From Gaiellaceae bacterium (GTDB taxonomy: Bacteria; Actinomycetota; Thermoleophilia; Gaiellales; Gaiellaceae), in assembly GCA_035624425.1 (NCBI GenBank), contig DASPRN010000087.1, positions 184-64,183 of the forward strand: a stretch of 64,000 bases of DNA. The letters are read 5' to 3'. How positions within the stretch are numbered: the stretch's first letter is position 1; every line of letters begins with the position of its first letter. Shown in pieces: positions 46,899 through 57,373 of this stretch. Below the pieces are notes generated by a model. That model ran no database searches and was not told the origin of the DNA. It saw only the letters and a list, made by a program, of their open reading frames with translations. Both the position numbers and the translations under genes were made by a program.

Positions 46899-49277
46899 CT
46901 AGACGACCAGGTTCACGAGGCGGCCGGGGACGACGATCGTCTGGCGGATCTCCTTCCCGTCCAGATGGGCCTGGACGCGCGGCGAGGCGAGTGCGCGCTC
47001 GACCAGCTGCTCCTCCGACTCGCTCGCCGAGGCCTCGACCCGGTCGCGCACCCTGCCGTTCACCTGGATCACCAGCTCGAACGTCTCGCGGGTCAGCAGC
47101 GATTCGTCCGCCACGGGCCACGGCTGCTCCCACAGCCGCTCACGCCCGAGTGCCGTCCACAGCTCCTCGGCGATGTGCGGCGCGTAGGGCTGGATCAGGG
47201 AGACCGCAGTCTCCGCAGCGAAGCGCGCACCCGGCGCCGACGGATCCCGTCCGAGCTCGTTCACCAGCTCCATCACGGCCGCGATCGGCGTGTTGAACAC
47301 GAAGCGCCGCCCGATGTCGTCGGTCACCTTGGCGATCGTCTCGTGCGTTTTCCGCACCAGCGCGCCGTCCCCACCACCCTCACCCGCCGAGGCGGCTTCG
47401 TGCACGATTCGCCACAGCCGCCGAAGGAAGCGCGCGATCCCCTCGACGCCCTCCTCGGTCCAGTCCATGTCCTGGTCGGCCGGCCCGACGAAGAGGATGT
47501 ACAGGCGCACGGCATCGGCGCCGTACATGTCGGCCAGCTGGTCGGGCGCGGTCACGTTCCCGCGCGACTTCGACATCTTCGTCCCGCCCTGGCGCACCCA
47601 GCCCTGGTGGAACAGCCGGGCGAACGGCTCGCGGAACCCGACCAGGCCGAGCTCGTTCAGCACTTTGACCCAGAAGCGCGAGTAGAGCAGGTGCCCGGTC
47701 GCGTGGTCGATGCCGCCCACGTACTGGTCGACCGGCATCCAGAAGTCGACCAGCTCGCGCGAGAACGGCGCCTGGTCGTTCCCCGGGTCGCAGTAGCGCA
47801 GGAAGTACCAGGACGAGTCGACGAAGGTGTCCATCGTGTCGGCCTCGCGCTGCCCGGGGCCGCCGCACGACGGGCAGGGGACGTTCAGCCACTCCTCGTT
47901 CGAGGCAAGCGGCGGCTTGCCCTTTGGGCGGTAGTCCTCGACCTCCGGAAGCAGCACCGGCAGCTCGTCGTCCGGCACCGGCACGATCCCGCATTCGCTG
48001 CAGTAGACGATCGGGATCGGGCACCCCCAGTAGCGCTGGCGCGAGAACCCCCAGTCGCGCAGCCGGAAGCTGACTGCGGGCCGGCCGCGCCCCAGCGAGC
48101 CGAGCCACTCGACGATCGCGCGCTTCGCCTCCTCGACCGGCTGCCCGGAAAACTCTCCGGACTCGACGAGCACCCCCAGCTCCTCGTCGACCACCTGCCG
48201 GACCGGCAGGCCGAACTGCTCGGCGAACTCGCGGTCGCGCTCGTCGTGTCCCGGCACGGCCATGATCGCGCCGGTCCCGTACTCCATCAGCACGTAGTCG
48301 GCGACCCAGACCGGGATCTCCTCGCCGGTTACAGGGTTCGTCGCGGTCAGCCCGGTGTCGACTCCGGTCTTCTCCTCGGCGGCGGCCCGCACCTCGCCGC
48401 GCTTTGCCAACGCGTGCTTGACGTACTCCCGGATCTCCTCGCCGTGCGGCGAGCGCCCGACCATCGTGTCGACCAGCGGATGCTCGGGCGCGAGCACGAA
48501 GAAGGTCGCCCCGAAGACCGTGTCCGGCCGAGTCGTGAAGACGGCAACGTCCTCATCGAGCTCCGAGATCCGGAACAGCAGCTCGGCGCCCTCCGAGCGG
48601 CCGATCCAGTTGCGCTGGATCGTGATCGTGCGCTCGGGCCAGTCGAGCAGCGCATGGTCCTCCAGCAGCGCGTCCGCATACGCCGTGATCCGGAAGAACC
48701 ACTGCTCCATCTTGCGAGCCTCGACCACGGTGCCGCAGCGCTCGCAGCGGCCGTCGATCACCTGCTCGTTCGCGAGCACCGTCTGGTCGTGCGGGCACCA
48801 GTTGACCGGCGCCTCCTTGCGGTAGGCAAGGCCCTTCTCGAAGAAGCGCAGGAACAGCCATTGGGTCCAGCGGTAGTAGGCGGGATCGTGGGCGGCGATC
48901 ACCCGGTCCCAGTCGATCGCCCAGCCCAGCCGGTGCATCTGGCGCTCGATGTTGGCGATGTTGCGCTCGGTGATCTCGCGCGGGCTCCCGCCCTCGCGGA
49001 TGGCCGCGTTCTCGGCCGGCAGGCCAAACGAGTCCCAGCCCATCGGGCGCAGCACGCGCAACCCGTGCCGCCGGCGGAAGTGCGTGAGGACGTCGCCCAG
49101 CGTGTAGTTGAGGACATGCCCCATGTGCAGGTCGCCGGACGGGTAGGGCAGCATCTCGAGCTGGTAGAACTTTTGCCGCTCCTCGCCGGGCCCGGGGTCG
49201 TCGGTGTAGAAGGCGCGAGCGTCCTCCCAGACCCGCTGCCACTTCGCCTCGATCGCCTGTGGGTCGTACGTCTCCAT
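46899..49277 (-). CDS. leuS: Leucyl-tRNA synthetase
   Basis: HMGH (HIGH) and KMSKS motifs. Start ATG 49277 has GGAGG 5 nt upstream. Confidence 0.96.
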   Translation of the reverse strand: METYDPQAIEAKWQRVWEDARAFYTDDPGPGEERQKFYQLEMLPYPSGDLHMGHVLNYTLGDVLTHFRRRHGLRVLRPMGWDSFGLPAENAAIREGGSPREITERNIANIERQMHRLGWAIDWDRVIAAHDPAYYRWTQWLFLRFFEKGLAYRKEAPVNWCPHDQTVLANEQVIDGRCERCGTVVEARKMEQWFFRITAYADALLEDHALLDWPERTITIQRNWIGRSEGAELLFRISELDEDVAVFTTRPDTVFGATFFVLAPEHPLVDTMVGRSPHGEEIREYVKHALAKRGEVRAAAEEKTGVDTGLTATNPVTGEEIPVWVADYVLMEYGTGAIMAVPGHDERDREFAEQFGLPVRQVVDEELGVLVESGEFSGQPVEEAKRAIVEWLGSLGRGRPAVSFRLRDWGFSRQRYWGCPIPIVYCSECGIVPVPDDELPVLLPEVEDYRPKGKPPLASNEEWLNVPCPSCGGPGQREADTMDTFVDSSWYFLRYCDPGNDQAPFSRELVDFWMPVDQYVGGIDHATGHLLYSRFWVKVLNELGLVGFREPFARLFHQGWVRQGGTKMSKSRGNVTAPDQLADMYGADAVRLYILFVGPADQDMDWTEEGVEGIARFLRRLWRIVHEAASAGEGGGDGALVRKTHETIAKVTDDIGRRFVFNTPIAAVMELVNELGRDPSAPGARFAAETAVSLIQPYAPHIAEELWTALGRERLWEQPWPVADESLLTRETFELVIQVNGRVRDRVEASASESEEQLVERALASPRVQAHLDGKEIRQTIVVPGRLVNLVV

Positions 49278-49291
49278 GTCTGCCTCCGGAT

Positions 49292-49319
49292 ACAAAAAGA
49301 CCTCTCGTTGCGAGAGGCC
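49292..49319 (-). terminator. Intrinsic-terminator-like hairpin plus U tract inside the leuS 5' leader
   Basis: Minus strand reads GGCCTCTCG-CAA-CGAGAGGTC followed by TTTTTGT, 5 nt before the GGAGG SD. The outer G.U pair works only on the minus-strand RNA. Confidence 0.55.
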
Positions 49320-49360
49320 ATGGGGAAGCTGCCGCGGCGGCGCGACGTTGGCTTCCTGCG

Positions 49361-49381
49361 CTACTCGAGAAGCTGCTCCAT
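49361..49381 (-). other. Candidate leader mini-ORF ATG GAG CAG CTT CTC GAG TAG (MEQLLE)
   Basis: Lies at the predicted 5' end of the leuS leader. Two of its five sense codons after the ATG are Leu. Confidence 0.3.
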
Positions 49382-49389
49382 CTCTGCGG

Positions 49390-49398
49390 ACTCTAGCA
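49390..49398 (-). promoter_or_regulatory. Extended -10 TGC-TAGAGT for the leuS leader
   Basis: TGCTAGAGT-CCGCAGAG-ATG; the ATG opens the mini-ORF MEQLLE. Confidence 0.45.
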
Positions 49399-49426
49399 TC
49401 CCCTAGTCGAGAACAGGAGGTGCGAG

Positions 49427-49822
49427 TTGGCCGGCTACACGAAGGTGAACCTGAAGGACGAAGTCGACGACCAGGGTCCCAACTTCGGGCTCGAAGGAAA
49501 GATCGAGGCGCGCATGGCCCGCGTCCCGCTCGAGCTCGAGCACTCGGGCGTCAGCTACCAGCGGCTGGCGCCGAACTTCCGCCTGCCGTTCGGGCACACG
49601 CACAAGACGCAGGAGGAGGTCTACATCCTGGTCAGCGGCAGTGCGCGCGCCAAGCTCGGTGATGAGGTCATCGACCTGAAGCCGTTCGACGCGCTGCGCG
49701 TGCACAAGGACACGATCCGCGGCTTCGAGGCCGGGCCGGAAGGCGCGGAGCTGATCGCTGTCGGCGCTCCGCACACGGGCCCGGGGGACGCCGAGATGGT
49801 CCAGGGCTGGTGGATGGACTGA
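49427..49822 (+). CDS. Cupin-domain protein
   Basis: GHTHKTQEEVYILVSG..RV cupin motifs. TTG start 6 nt after GGAGG. Confidence 0.7.
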   Translation: MAGYTKVNLKDEVDDQGPNFGLEGKIEARMARVPLELEHSGVSYQRLAPNFRLPFGHTHKTQEEVYILVSGSARAKLGDEVIDLKPFDALRVHKDTIRGFEAGPEGAELIAVGAPHTGPGDAEMVQGWWMD

Positions 49823-51093
49823 GCGCCGCCGCGCTGTCCCTGTTTCCGGACAGCGCCTCGGTCGAGGAAGGCGAGCTCTCGCTTGGAGGCATCCGCGCCT
49901 CCGAGCTGGCCGCCGAGCACGGGACGCCGCTCGTCGTCTACTGCGAGGAGACGCTGCTGGCCGCGGCGCGCGCCTACCGCGCCGCCGCCCCGGATGCACT
50001 CTGCCTGTACAGCGTCAAGGCCTTTCCCAACCTCGCGCTGCTTCGCCTCTTTGGCGGCGAAGGCCTCGGTGCGGACGTCTCGACGTTCGGGGAGCTGGCC
50101 TACGCGCTGCGGGCGGGCGTCCCGGGTGAGCAGCTCGTCGTGCACGGGAACAACAAGAGCGACGAGGAGCTACGGGCGTCCGCCGAGGCGGGGGCACGGT
50201 TCGTGGTGCTCGACGCGCCGGACGAGGTCGAGCGGGCCGCCGCGGCGGGGATCGAGCGGGTGCTCGTGCGCGTGACGCCGGGGATCGAGGCAGACACGCA
50301 TCCGGCGATCAGGACGGCACACCACGGCTCGAAGTTCGGGTTGACCCCGGAGCAGGCGCTCGCCGCGATCGCGCGTGCGCGCGAGGCGGGGCTCGAGCTC
50401 GCCGGGCTGCACCTGCACATCGGCTCGCAGTTGCTGGACAGCGAGGCGGCGCGCACCGGAATCGAATGGCTCGGCGCCTTCGCGGCCGACTCCCGCAGCG
50501 AGCTCGGCTGGGAGCCGCGCGTGGTCGACCTCGGCGGGGGGCTCGGGATCCGCTACGTCGAGGACGAGCGGCCGCCCGCGATCGGGGACTTCGTCCGCAC
50601 CCTGCTCGAGCGGCTCGAGCACGCTTGGAGCCTGCATGCCCTCGAGCTCCCGGAGACGATCCTCGAGCCCGGCCGCTCGCTCGCCGGCCACGCCGCCTGC
50701 ACGCTCTACCGTGTCGGCGTGGTCAAGGCCGCCGGGACGACGACGTACGTCGCGATCGACGGCGGCATGTCCGACAACCCCCGGCCGCAGCTCTACGGCG
50801 CCCGGTACACGGCGCTGCTCGCCAACCGTGCGACCGAGAAGCCCGGTGGGAGCTACACCGTCTGCGGGAGGCACTGCGAGTCGGGCGACGTCTTGATCGA
50901 CTCCATGCCGCTCCCGGAGCCGCGCCGCGGCGATCTGCTCGCGGTGCCCGGCACCGGCGCCTACACGCTCGGGATGGGCTCGAACTACAACGCCGTCCCC
51001 CGCCCCGCCGCGGTCCTCGTCGCCGACGGCAAGGCTCGGGTGATCCGCCGGCGCGAAACCGTCGACGACCTGCTTGCGGCCGAGGTCAGCTGA
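49810..51093 (+). CDS. lysA: Diaminopimelate decarboxylase
   Basis: PLP lysine context YSVKAFPN, plus CESGD and EPGRSL motifs. Confidence 0.9.
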   Translation: MDGLSAAALSLFPDSASVEEGELSLGGIRASELAAEHGTPLVVYCEETLLAAARAYRAAAPDALCLYSVKAFPNLALLRLFGGEGLGADVSTFGELAYALRAGVPGEQLVVHGNNKSDEELRASAEAGARFVVLDAPDEVERAAAAGIERVLVRVTPGIEADTHPAIRTAHHGSKFGLTPEQALAAIARAREAGLELAGLHLHIGSQLLDSEAARTGIEWLGAFAADSRSELGWEPRVVDLGGGLGIRYVEDERPPAIGDFVRTLLERLEHAWSLHALELPETILEPGRSLAGHAACTLYRVGVVKAAGTTTYVAIDGGMSDNPRPQLYGARYTALLANRATEKPGGSYTVCGRHCESGDVLIDSMPLPEPRRGDLLAVPGTGAYTLGMGSNYNAVPRPAAVLVADGKARVIRRRETVDDLLAAEVS

Positions 51094-52480
51094 AGCGTGG
51101 GTGCAGCGGTAGGATCAGCCGTCGCAGCGGCTTCTGGGTGAAGTCGAAGTCGAGCGCGAGGTCGCCGAGGATCGCCTCGTTCTCGCGCACGTCCGGCCGC
51201 GGGTCGGGCCGCCCGTCGGTCGCCGGGTCGAGCCGCTGACCGCCGAGGAAGTCGTCCTCGATGAACTTGGCGTAGGCGTCGAAGCTCAAGACCTGGTGGT
51301 CGATGAACCCCCGGCGCGCCCAGGGTGAGATCACGAGCGCCGGCACCCGGATCCCGTAGCCGTTGTGGTCGACGACCGGCGGGACAACGTGGTCGTAGAA
51401 CCCACTCCAGTCGTCCCAGGCGAGGAGGATCGCGCTCGACTTCCAGTCCGGGCTGCGCATGACCGCGTTGATCACGCTCGTGACGTAGGCCTGTCCGCTC
51501 GTGATCTTCGACGGCGGGTGGTCGCTAACAGGGTCGCTCGGGATCAACCAGGAGACGGCCGGCAGCGTGCCCCGGTGCGCGTCGCGGAAGAAGTTGCGCA
51601 TCGTGGTGACGTCTGCGAGCTGGTGATCCTGGTGAACGGTGTCGAACCACGGGAGCGGGTTCCAGATCCCCGGCGTGCGGGCGCTCTGCGGAACCGAGCC
51701 GCAGATCATCTCGTCTTCGCTGCAGTCGGGCTGTGTGCCTTTGAACACGTAGTAGCGCCACGAGACGTGCCGCTTGTGCATCAGGTAGGTGAGGTCGGTC
51801 CAGGCGTAGTCGGGCTTGCGGCCGGTCGGGTTCTGCGGCGTGTGCGGCGGCGCGAGCGGGTTCTCGACCGCGTTGACGCAGCTCATCGGGTCACCCTTCT
51901 TGTGGCAGCGGGCAGACCACTCGGAGACCATGAACAGGTGGGTCGCCAGGCTGGCCGAGTTGTTCGGCTCGAACATGTGGTCCTGGAGCACGAAGTGGTG
52001 CGCGTAGGCCCAGTAATTCGGGATCTCCCGCGCGTCGTGGTAGCCCATCACATCCGGCGGGCGGCGCTTGGAGCAGAGCTGAGATTTTGGGAACGCCTTG
52101 CAGCCCTTCCTGAGCCCGCGGCGCGCCTCACGGATGAAGCCGTCCATCTTCCCGCCGTCGACATCGCGGACCGTGTCGAGGTACTCGTGCGGTCCGCCCT
52201 GGTTTCGGTTGGCGCGGTCGTGGAAGGGCCGCGCGCAGACGTGACGGAACGCGTCCGGCACGCAGACGGTGAAGTGGCCGTTCTTGCGCGGGATCCCGTC
52301 CGCGCCGGGGTACGTGCCGAAGTAGGAGTCGAACGATCGGTTCTCCTGCATGACCATGATCACGTGGCGGATCTTCTGGATCCCCGCATGCGCCGCTCCC
52401 GGCCCGGCGACGGCCGAGGGCCGCTGGGACACCACCAGTGCCAAGGTCGCCAGCCCGAGCAGGATCAGCCAACGACCCAA
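51086..52480 (-). CDS. Secreted phosphoesterase-family protein (phospholipase C / acid phosphatase type)
   Basis: Signal peptide, then [16 protein letters not shown], the hallmark of the phosphoesterase family. TTG start. Confidence 0.8.
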   Translation of the reverse strand: MGRWLILLGLATLALVVSQRPSAVAGPGAAHAGIQKIRHVIMVMQENRSFDSYFGTYPGADGIPRKNGHFTVCVPDAFRHVCARPFHDRANRNQGGPHEYLDTVRDVDGGKMDGFIREARRGLRKGCKAFPKSQLCSKRRPPDVMGYHDAREIPNYWAYAHHFVLQDHMFEPNNSASLATHLFMVSEWSARCHKKGDPMSCVNAVENPLAPPHTPQNPTGRKPDYAWTDLTYLMHKRHVSWRYYVFKGTQPDCSEDEMICGSVPQSARTPGIWNPLPWFDTVHQDHQLADVTTMRNFFRDAHRGTLPAVSWLIPSDPVSDHPPSKITSGQAYVTSVINAVMRSPDWKSSAILLAWDDWSGFYDHVVPPVVDHNGYGIRVPALVISPWARRGFIDHQVLSFDAYAKFIEDDFLGGQRLDPATDGRPDPRPDVRENEAILGDLALDFDFTQKPLRRLILPLHPRFS

Positions 52481-52488
52481 GACCGTCG

Positions 52489-52494
52489 AGCATA
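52489..52494 (-). promoter_or_regulatory. -10-like TATGCT, 8 nt upstream of the phosphoesterase TTG
   Basis: TATGCT-CGACGGTC-TTG. Confidence 0.45.
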
Positions 52495-52518
52495 CCGGTG
52501 AGCCGGTTCGGCTCGGTT

Positions 52519-52524
52519 AGTCTC
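52519..52524 (+). promoter_or_regulatory. -10-like TAGTCT, 7 nt upstream of the EamA ATG (leaderless)
   Basis: TAGTCT-CAGCGCG-ATG. Confidence 0.5.
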
Positions 52525-52531
52525 AGCGCGA

Positions 52532-53454
52532 TGGCGGAGCATCTCGGCAAGGCCCCCGGAGTCGTCCTCGTCAGCATCGCCGCCGCGATGTGGGGCCTCG
52601 ACGGGTTGATCCGGAAGCCGCTCGCGGACTCGACCTCCGCCTACACGATCGTCTTCGGTGAGCACGTCGCGCTCGTCCTGGTGACGCTGCCGTTGCTCGT
52701 GCCTGCAATGGTCGCGCTGTGGCGAGCCGGCCCGGCCTATGTCGGGGCGGGGATCGCCGTCGGTGCTGGCGCGTCGGCGATCGCCACGATCCTCTTCACG
52801 AAGGCCATCTTCCACGGGGACTTCATCACCGTCGTCGTGCTACAGCAGGTGCAGCCGCTGATCGTCGTCGTCGGCGCCTGGCTCGTGCTCGGCGAACAGC
52901 CGCGCCGCGGCTTCATCTGGTTCCTGCTCGCCGGCCTGGTCGGCGTCTGGTTGATCTCGCTCCCGCACCCGCTCGAGCCTCACGTGCACGGCCTGATCCC
53001 GGTAGCGGAGACGCTCGCGGCCGCCACGCTCTGGGCGATGGGCACCGTCTTCGGCCGTTTCCTGAGTCGGCGCCTGCGCTTCGAGCATGTGATGACCGTT
53101 CGCTTTGCCTTCGGACTGGTCGCCGCCGCCTGCGCCCTGCCGATCGTCGGCGCTCCAGCCTTCGCTGGCCTCCACGACAGCATCTGGATCGCGGTGCTCG
53201 CGCTGGTGACCGGCTTGCTCGCGCTCGGGCTCTACTACTACGGCCTTCAGCGCACCCCCGCGCTGCTCGCCTCACTCGGCGAGCTGGCGTTCCCGGTCAC
53301 GACGACGCTGGTCGGGATCTACGTCTTCGACTCGTCGCTGCGCTGGACGCAGTGGGTGGGCGTCGCGCTGACGGTGACGGTGATCAGCCTGCTGCCGGCG
53401 AGGCGAAGGGAGCTGGTGAGGCTCCCGGCCGGCGAGCCCGCGCTCGCTACCTGA
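52532..53454 (+). CDS. EamA/DMT-family transporter
   Basis: Ten hydrophobic segments in two EamA-like halves. Start ATG 52532 (TAGTCT box 7 nt upstream). Confidence 0.8.
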
Positions 53455-53471
53455 GCCTGCAGGGAGGCGAT

Positions 53472-53486
53472 GCCGGCTCGGCCGGC
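53472..53486. terminator. Small GC hairpin GCCGGC-TCG-GCCGGC between convergent genes
   Basis: Palindrome between the EamA and SBP stop codons. No U tract. Confidence 0.25.
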
Positions 53487-53523
53487 CAACGCACGACCTG
53501 GGTCGCGAAGGGATGGAAGGTTC

Positions 53524-54738
53524 TCAGCGAACCCGAAAGAGGCCGCCGAAGGCGACCCAGCGGCCGTTGTGGAAGCGCTCGAGGCGCGCCTGGTCAAGCG
53601 GGAAGTGGTCGCTCGGCGAGGTGCGCACTGCGATCCCCGGCAGCAGGAACGGGTCGTTGTGCACGTTCAGGTGCGTGACCGCCTTCATGATGCTCGCCCG
53701 CGTCGGGTTCTTCCCCGCCTTCTTGAGCGCCTCGACGAAGCTGTGCGCGACCGACATCCCGTAGACGTTGTAGACGTCGTTCGGGTGCACGCCCTTGTAC
53801 TTCTTCATGATCGAGCGGTAGAGCTTGATCCCCGGGTCCTTCTTCCAGCGTGGATCGGTCGGGTCCTTGAGGAAGACGATCGAGATCGACCCCTCGGTCT
53901 GCTTCTTGCTGGTCGCGTTGCTGGCGATGCCCATGATGTTCGAGGCGCTCGCGACCGCGTTGACGTAGACCTTAGGCCGCCAGCCGAGCTTGCGCGCGTA
54001 GACGTAGGCCTGAATCGCGAACTGCGGCGTCGCGAACAGCATCATCGTGTTCGTCTTGGCCGCCTTCAACTTCGCGATCTGCGACTGGACGTCGGAGTCG
54101 GTTGCGTCGTAGCTCTGCTTGGAGACGATCAGCTTCCCCTTCTTGCCGAGGCCGCGCTTGAGCCCGGTGAGCAGCTCGTTGCCGTAGTCGTCGTTCTGGT
54201 AGAGGACGCCGATCCTCGACTTCGGCGCCGTCTTGGCGATGTAGCGCCCGTAGATCGTCCCCTCGGCGATGTAGTTGGGCTGGTAGCCGATCGTCCACGG
54301 CCACTGCGTGTGGTCCTTGCCCCACGTCAGGGCGCCGCTCGCGACGAAGAGCTGCGGGACGCCCATGGCGTTCAGGTACGGGCGCGTGGCCAGGTTCTGC
54401 TCGGTGCCGAGACTGTTGAAGATCGCGAAGACGTGGTCCTGCTCGACCAGCTCGCGCGTCTCGTTGATCGTCTGGCTCGGGTCGTACTGGTCGTCCTTGA
54501 TCAGGTAGACGATCTTGCGGTGGTAGACGCCGCCCTTGGCGTTGACGTAGCGGAAGTACGCCGCCGCGCCCTTGCCGACGGTCTGGTAGGCGGAGGCAAC
54601 TCCGGAGAGCGGGATTGTCCCGCCGATCACGATCTGGGTCGAGGTCACCCCGGGGGTGCTCGAACCGGCGCCGGACGCGCCCGTGGTGAGCGCAAGCGCG
54701 GCAAGAAGCCCTGCAAACAGGTAGACGGCCCTCCCCAT
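53524..54738 (-). CDS. Leu/Ile/Val-type ABC substrate-binding protein
   Basis: Signal peptide and a type-I periplasmic binding fold pattern. Last gene of the second liv-like operon. Confidence 0.8.
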   Translation of the reverse strand: MGRAVYLFAGLLAALALTTGASGAGSSTPGVTSTQIVIGGTIPLSGVASAYQTVGKGAAAYFRYVNAKGGVYHRKIVYLIKDDQYDPSQTINETRELVEQDHVFAIFNSLGTEQNLATRPYLNAMGVPQLFVASGALTWGKDHTQWPWTIGYQPNYIAEGTIYGRYIAKTAPKSRIGVLYQNDDYGNELLTGLKRGLGKKGKLIVSKQSYDATDSDVQSQIAKLKAAKTNTMMLFATPQFAIQAYVYARKLGWRPKVYVNAVASASNIMGIASNATSKKQTEGSISIVFLKDPTDPRWKKDPGIKLYRSIMKKYKGVHPNDVYNVYGMSVAHSFVEALKKAGKNPTRASIMKAVTHLNVHNDPFLLPGIAVRTSPSDHFPLDQARLERFHNGRWVAFGGLFRVR

Positions 54739-54744
54739 TCCGAT

Positions 54745-55755
54745 CTATGGACGAGTGTACAACCAGCTTGTTAGCGGCCTGACCAGCCGCTGGATCAGCC
54801 CTCCGGCGCCCGTCGGGAGCAGGATCATCACCACGATGATCGCCGCGCCGTAGACGAAATCGGGGACTCCCGGGCGGGTCGAGACGTGCGTCGAGATCGT
54901 CGGCAGGTACTCCACGAAGAGCGCGCCGAGCACGAGCCCCCACAGCGAGCCGAGCCCGCCGACGACGGTGCCGACGAGGATCAGGATCGAGACGGAGACC
55001 GTGAAGCTGAGCGGGTCGACGATCTCGTTCTGGATCACGTAGAGCGCGCCGCCCACCCCCGCGTAGACCCCGCTCAGCGCGAATGCGACCGTCTTCGTCG
55101 CGGCCAGGTTGACCCCGCTCGAGGCCGCGGCCACCTCGCTGTCGCGGACCGAGCGGAACGTTCTTCCGCCGCGGCCGCGCACCAGCAGCCAGGCGAGGAA
55201 GAAGCCGACGATCCCGATCGACCAGGTCAGGTAGTAGAGGAAGTGGTTCTGCGTCATCGAGTGGCCGAAGATCGTGATCCCGCCGAGCCCGGTCACCTGC
55301 TTCGGCGCCGAGGCGAGGAAGTTCTCGCCGTCCGTGCCGCCCGTGAAGTGGGAGAACTTCTTGATCAGGTCGGGCAGCGCGACCGCGAGCGCGAAGGTGG
55401 CGAGGGCCAGGTAGAGGCCGGAGAGGCGCAGCGCGGGAAGGCCGACGACGAAGCCGACGATCCCGGCGGCGACGCCCGCCAGCGGGATCGTCCACACGTC
55501 GCGCCAGTGCTCGTGGACGACGAGGAGCGCGGTCGTGTAGCCGCCGATCGCCATCAGCGCGCCGTGGCCGAGCGAGATCTGGCCGGTGTAGCCCGTGACC
55601 AGGTTGAGCCCGATGATCGCGATGAAGAACGCGCCGGCCTGCGCGAGGTCGCGCGAGTGGAAGTCGCTCACGAAGTGCGGCAGGAGGAGGAACACGGCCA
55701 GTCCTCCCGCGACCATCGCCACCCAGAGGCCGATCCCGAGCGCGCGGCGCATCAA
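54745..55755 (-). CDS. Branched-chain amino-acid ABC permease (LivM-type)
   Basis: 336-aa polytopic protein in the operon context. Confidence 0.82.
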   Translation of the reverse strand: MMRRALGIGLWVAMVAGGLAVFLLLPHFVSDFHSRDLAQAGAFFIAIIGLNLVTGYTGQISLGHGALMAIGGYTTALLVVHEHWRDVWTIPLAGVAAGIVGFVVGLPALRLSGLYLALATFALAVALPDLIKKFSHFTGGTDGENFLASAPKQVTGLGGITIFGHSMTQNHFLYYLTWSIGIVGFFLAWLLVRGRGGRTFRSVRDSEVAAASSGVNLAATKTVAFALSGVYAGVGGALYVIQNEIVDPLSFTVSVSILILVGTVVGGLGSLWGLVLGALFVEYLPTISTHVSTRPGVPDFVYGAAIIVVMILLPTGAGGLIQRLVRPLTSWLYTRP

Positions 55756-56654
55756 ACGCGTCTCGCCTCCGACCGGCCGAACAGCCCGGTGGGCCGGATG
55801 AGCAGGACGCCGAGGATCACGGCCAGCGCCACCGGCAGGCGAAGCGTGGTCCCGACCCAGCCGACGTAGGTGCCGATCAAGGTGACGAAGACGCCGAGCA
55901 GGAGGCTGCCGACGACCGCGCCGAGCGGGCTCTCGATCCCGCCGAGGACCGCCCCGGCGATCGCGTAGAGGAGCACCGGCTGCATCAGGTTCTGGTCGAA
56001 GCTGCCGAGCGCCGGCGCGGTCAGCATCCCGGAGACGGCGCCGAGCGCGGCGGCGAGGCCCCAGCCGAGCGCGAGCATCCAGCTGACGCGGATCCCGAGC
56101 AGGCGGCTCTCGTCGGGGTTGGCCGCTGCGGCGCGCAGGGCGAGCCCGAGCTTCGTGTAGCGAAACAGGCCCCAGAGCAGGACGACCAACCCGAGCGAGA
56201 CCGCGATGTTGCCGAGGTCCTGGATCGAGAAGGCGACGCCCGCCACGTCGATCGGCCTGGTCGAGAACGCGTTCGGGATCGTGCGCCTCTCGGGGCTCCA
56301 GAAGATCTTCGACGCGCCGTCGACGACGAAGAGCAGGCCGAGCGTGACGATCACGACGGTCAGCACAGGTGCGGCCTCGACCGGGCGGATCACGACGCGC
56401 TCGACGGCGATGCCACCCGCGAACGAGATGGCGACCGTGAGGAAGAACGCGGCCCAGAACGCGAGGCCGTGATTCACGAGCGACCAGGCGATGAAGACCG
56501 AGAACATCGCCATCTCGCCCTGCGCGAAGTTGATCACGCCGGTCGAGCGGTAGATGAGGACGATCGCGAGCGCCAGCAGCGCCCAGGTGCCGCCCGACGA
56601 GAGGCCGATCACGGTTTGCTGCGCGAGCTGCGTCCAGTCGAGGGCGAGAAACAT
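55752..56654 (-). CDS. Branched-chain amino-acid ABC permease (LivH-type)
   Basis: Start ATG 56654 (MFLALDWTQLAQQTVIGL) with INFAQGE motif. The Arg-rich track extension is rejected. Confidence 0.82.
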   Translation of the reverse strand: MFLALDWTQLAQQTVIGLSSGGTWALLALAIVLIYRSTGVINFAQGEMAMFSVFIAWSLVNHGLAFWAAFFLTVAISFAGGIAVERVVIRPVEAAPVLTVVIVTLGLLFVVDGASKIFWSPERRTIPNAFSTRPIDVAGVAFSIQDLGNIAVSLGLVVLLWGLFRYTKLGLALRAAAANPDESRLLGIRVSWMLALGWGLAAALGAVSGMLTAPALGSFDQNLMQPVLLYAIAGAVLGGIESPLGAVVGSLLLGVFVTLIGTYVGWVGTTLRLPVALAVILGVLLIRPTGLFGRSEARRV

Positions 56655-56656
56655 GG

Positions 56657-57373
56657 CTAGTACCCGAGGTACGAGCGTCGGACCGATTCGTTGCGGCGCA
56701 GCTCGGCGCTCGTTCCCGCGAGCGCGACCCGGCCGGACTCGAGCACGTAGGCGCGAGAGGAGGCGCTGAGCGCCAGGCTCGCGTTCTGCTCCACGACGAG
56801 GACGGTCAGGCCCTCGCGCTCGTTGAGCTCGCCGACGATCCGGAAGATCTCGGCGACGACCTTCGGGGCCAGCCCGAGCGAAGGCTCGTCCAGCAGCACC
56901 AGGCGCGGCCGCAGCATCAGCGCTCGCGCGAGCGCGAGCATCTGCTGCTCGCCGCCGCTGAGGGTGCCCGCCCGCTGGTCGCGCCGCTCCTCGAGCCACG
57001 GGAAGTGACCCAGCACGCGCCGCTCGTCCTCCCGCACGGCGGCCCGGTCGCGGCGGGTGTAGGCGCCGAGGCGCAGGTTCTCGGCGACGGTCAGCTCGGA
57101 GAGCGTTCCGCGCCCTTCCGGCACGTGCGCGATTCCGAGCCGCGCGACCGACTCGGGCGAACGCCTGGCGATGCTCTTGCCGGCGAACGCGATCGCACCG
57201 CTGCGCCTGACCGTCCCGGAGACGGCCCGCAGCGTGGTTGTCTTGCCGGCGCCGTTCGCGCCGAGGACGGCGACCACCTCGCCCTCGGCGACCGCAAGCG
57301 AGACGCCGTGCAGGGCCCGCACCTGGCCGTAGCGGGCCTCGACGTCCTCGAGCTCGAGGAGGGCCTCAAGCAT
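56657..57373 (-). CDS. ABC ATP-binding protein (LivF-type)
   Basis: GANGAGKTTT, LSGGEQQM, LVLLDEPS. Confidence 0.88.
   Translation of the reverse strand: MLEALLELEDVEARYGQVRALHGVSLAVAEGEVVAVLGANGAGKTTTLRAVSGTVRRSGAIAFAGKSIARRSPESVARLGIAHVPEGRGTLSELTVAENLRLGAYTRRDRAAVREDERRVLGHFPWLEERRDQRAGTLSGGEQQMLALARALMLRPRLVLLDEPSLGLAPKVVAEIFRIVGELNEREGLTVLVVEQNASLALSASSRAYVLESGRVALAGTSAELRRNESVRRSYLGY

Noticed and set aside
49278-49426. T-box riboswitch upstream of leuS.
   Set aside because: The leader is only about 105 nt. I could not find the conserved T-box sequence (..GGTGGTACCGCG-like) or a specifier-loop architecture.
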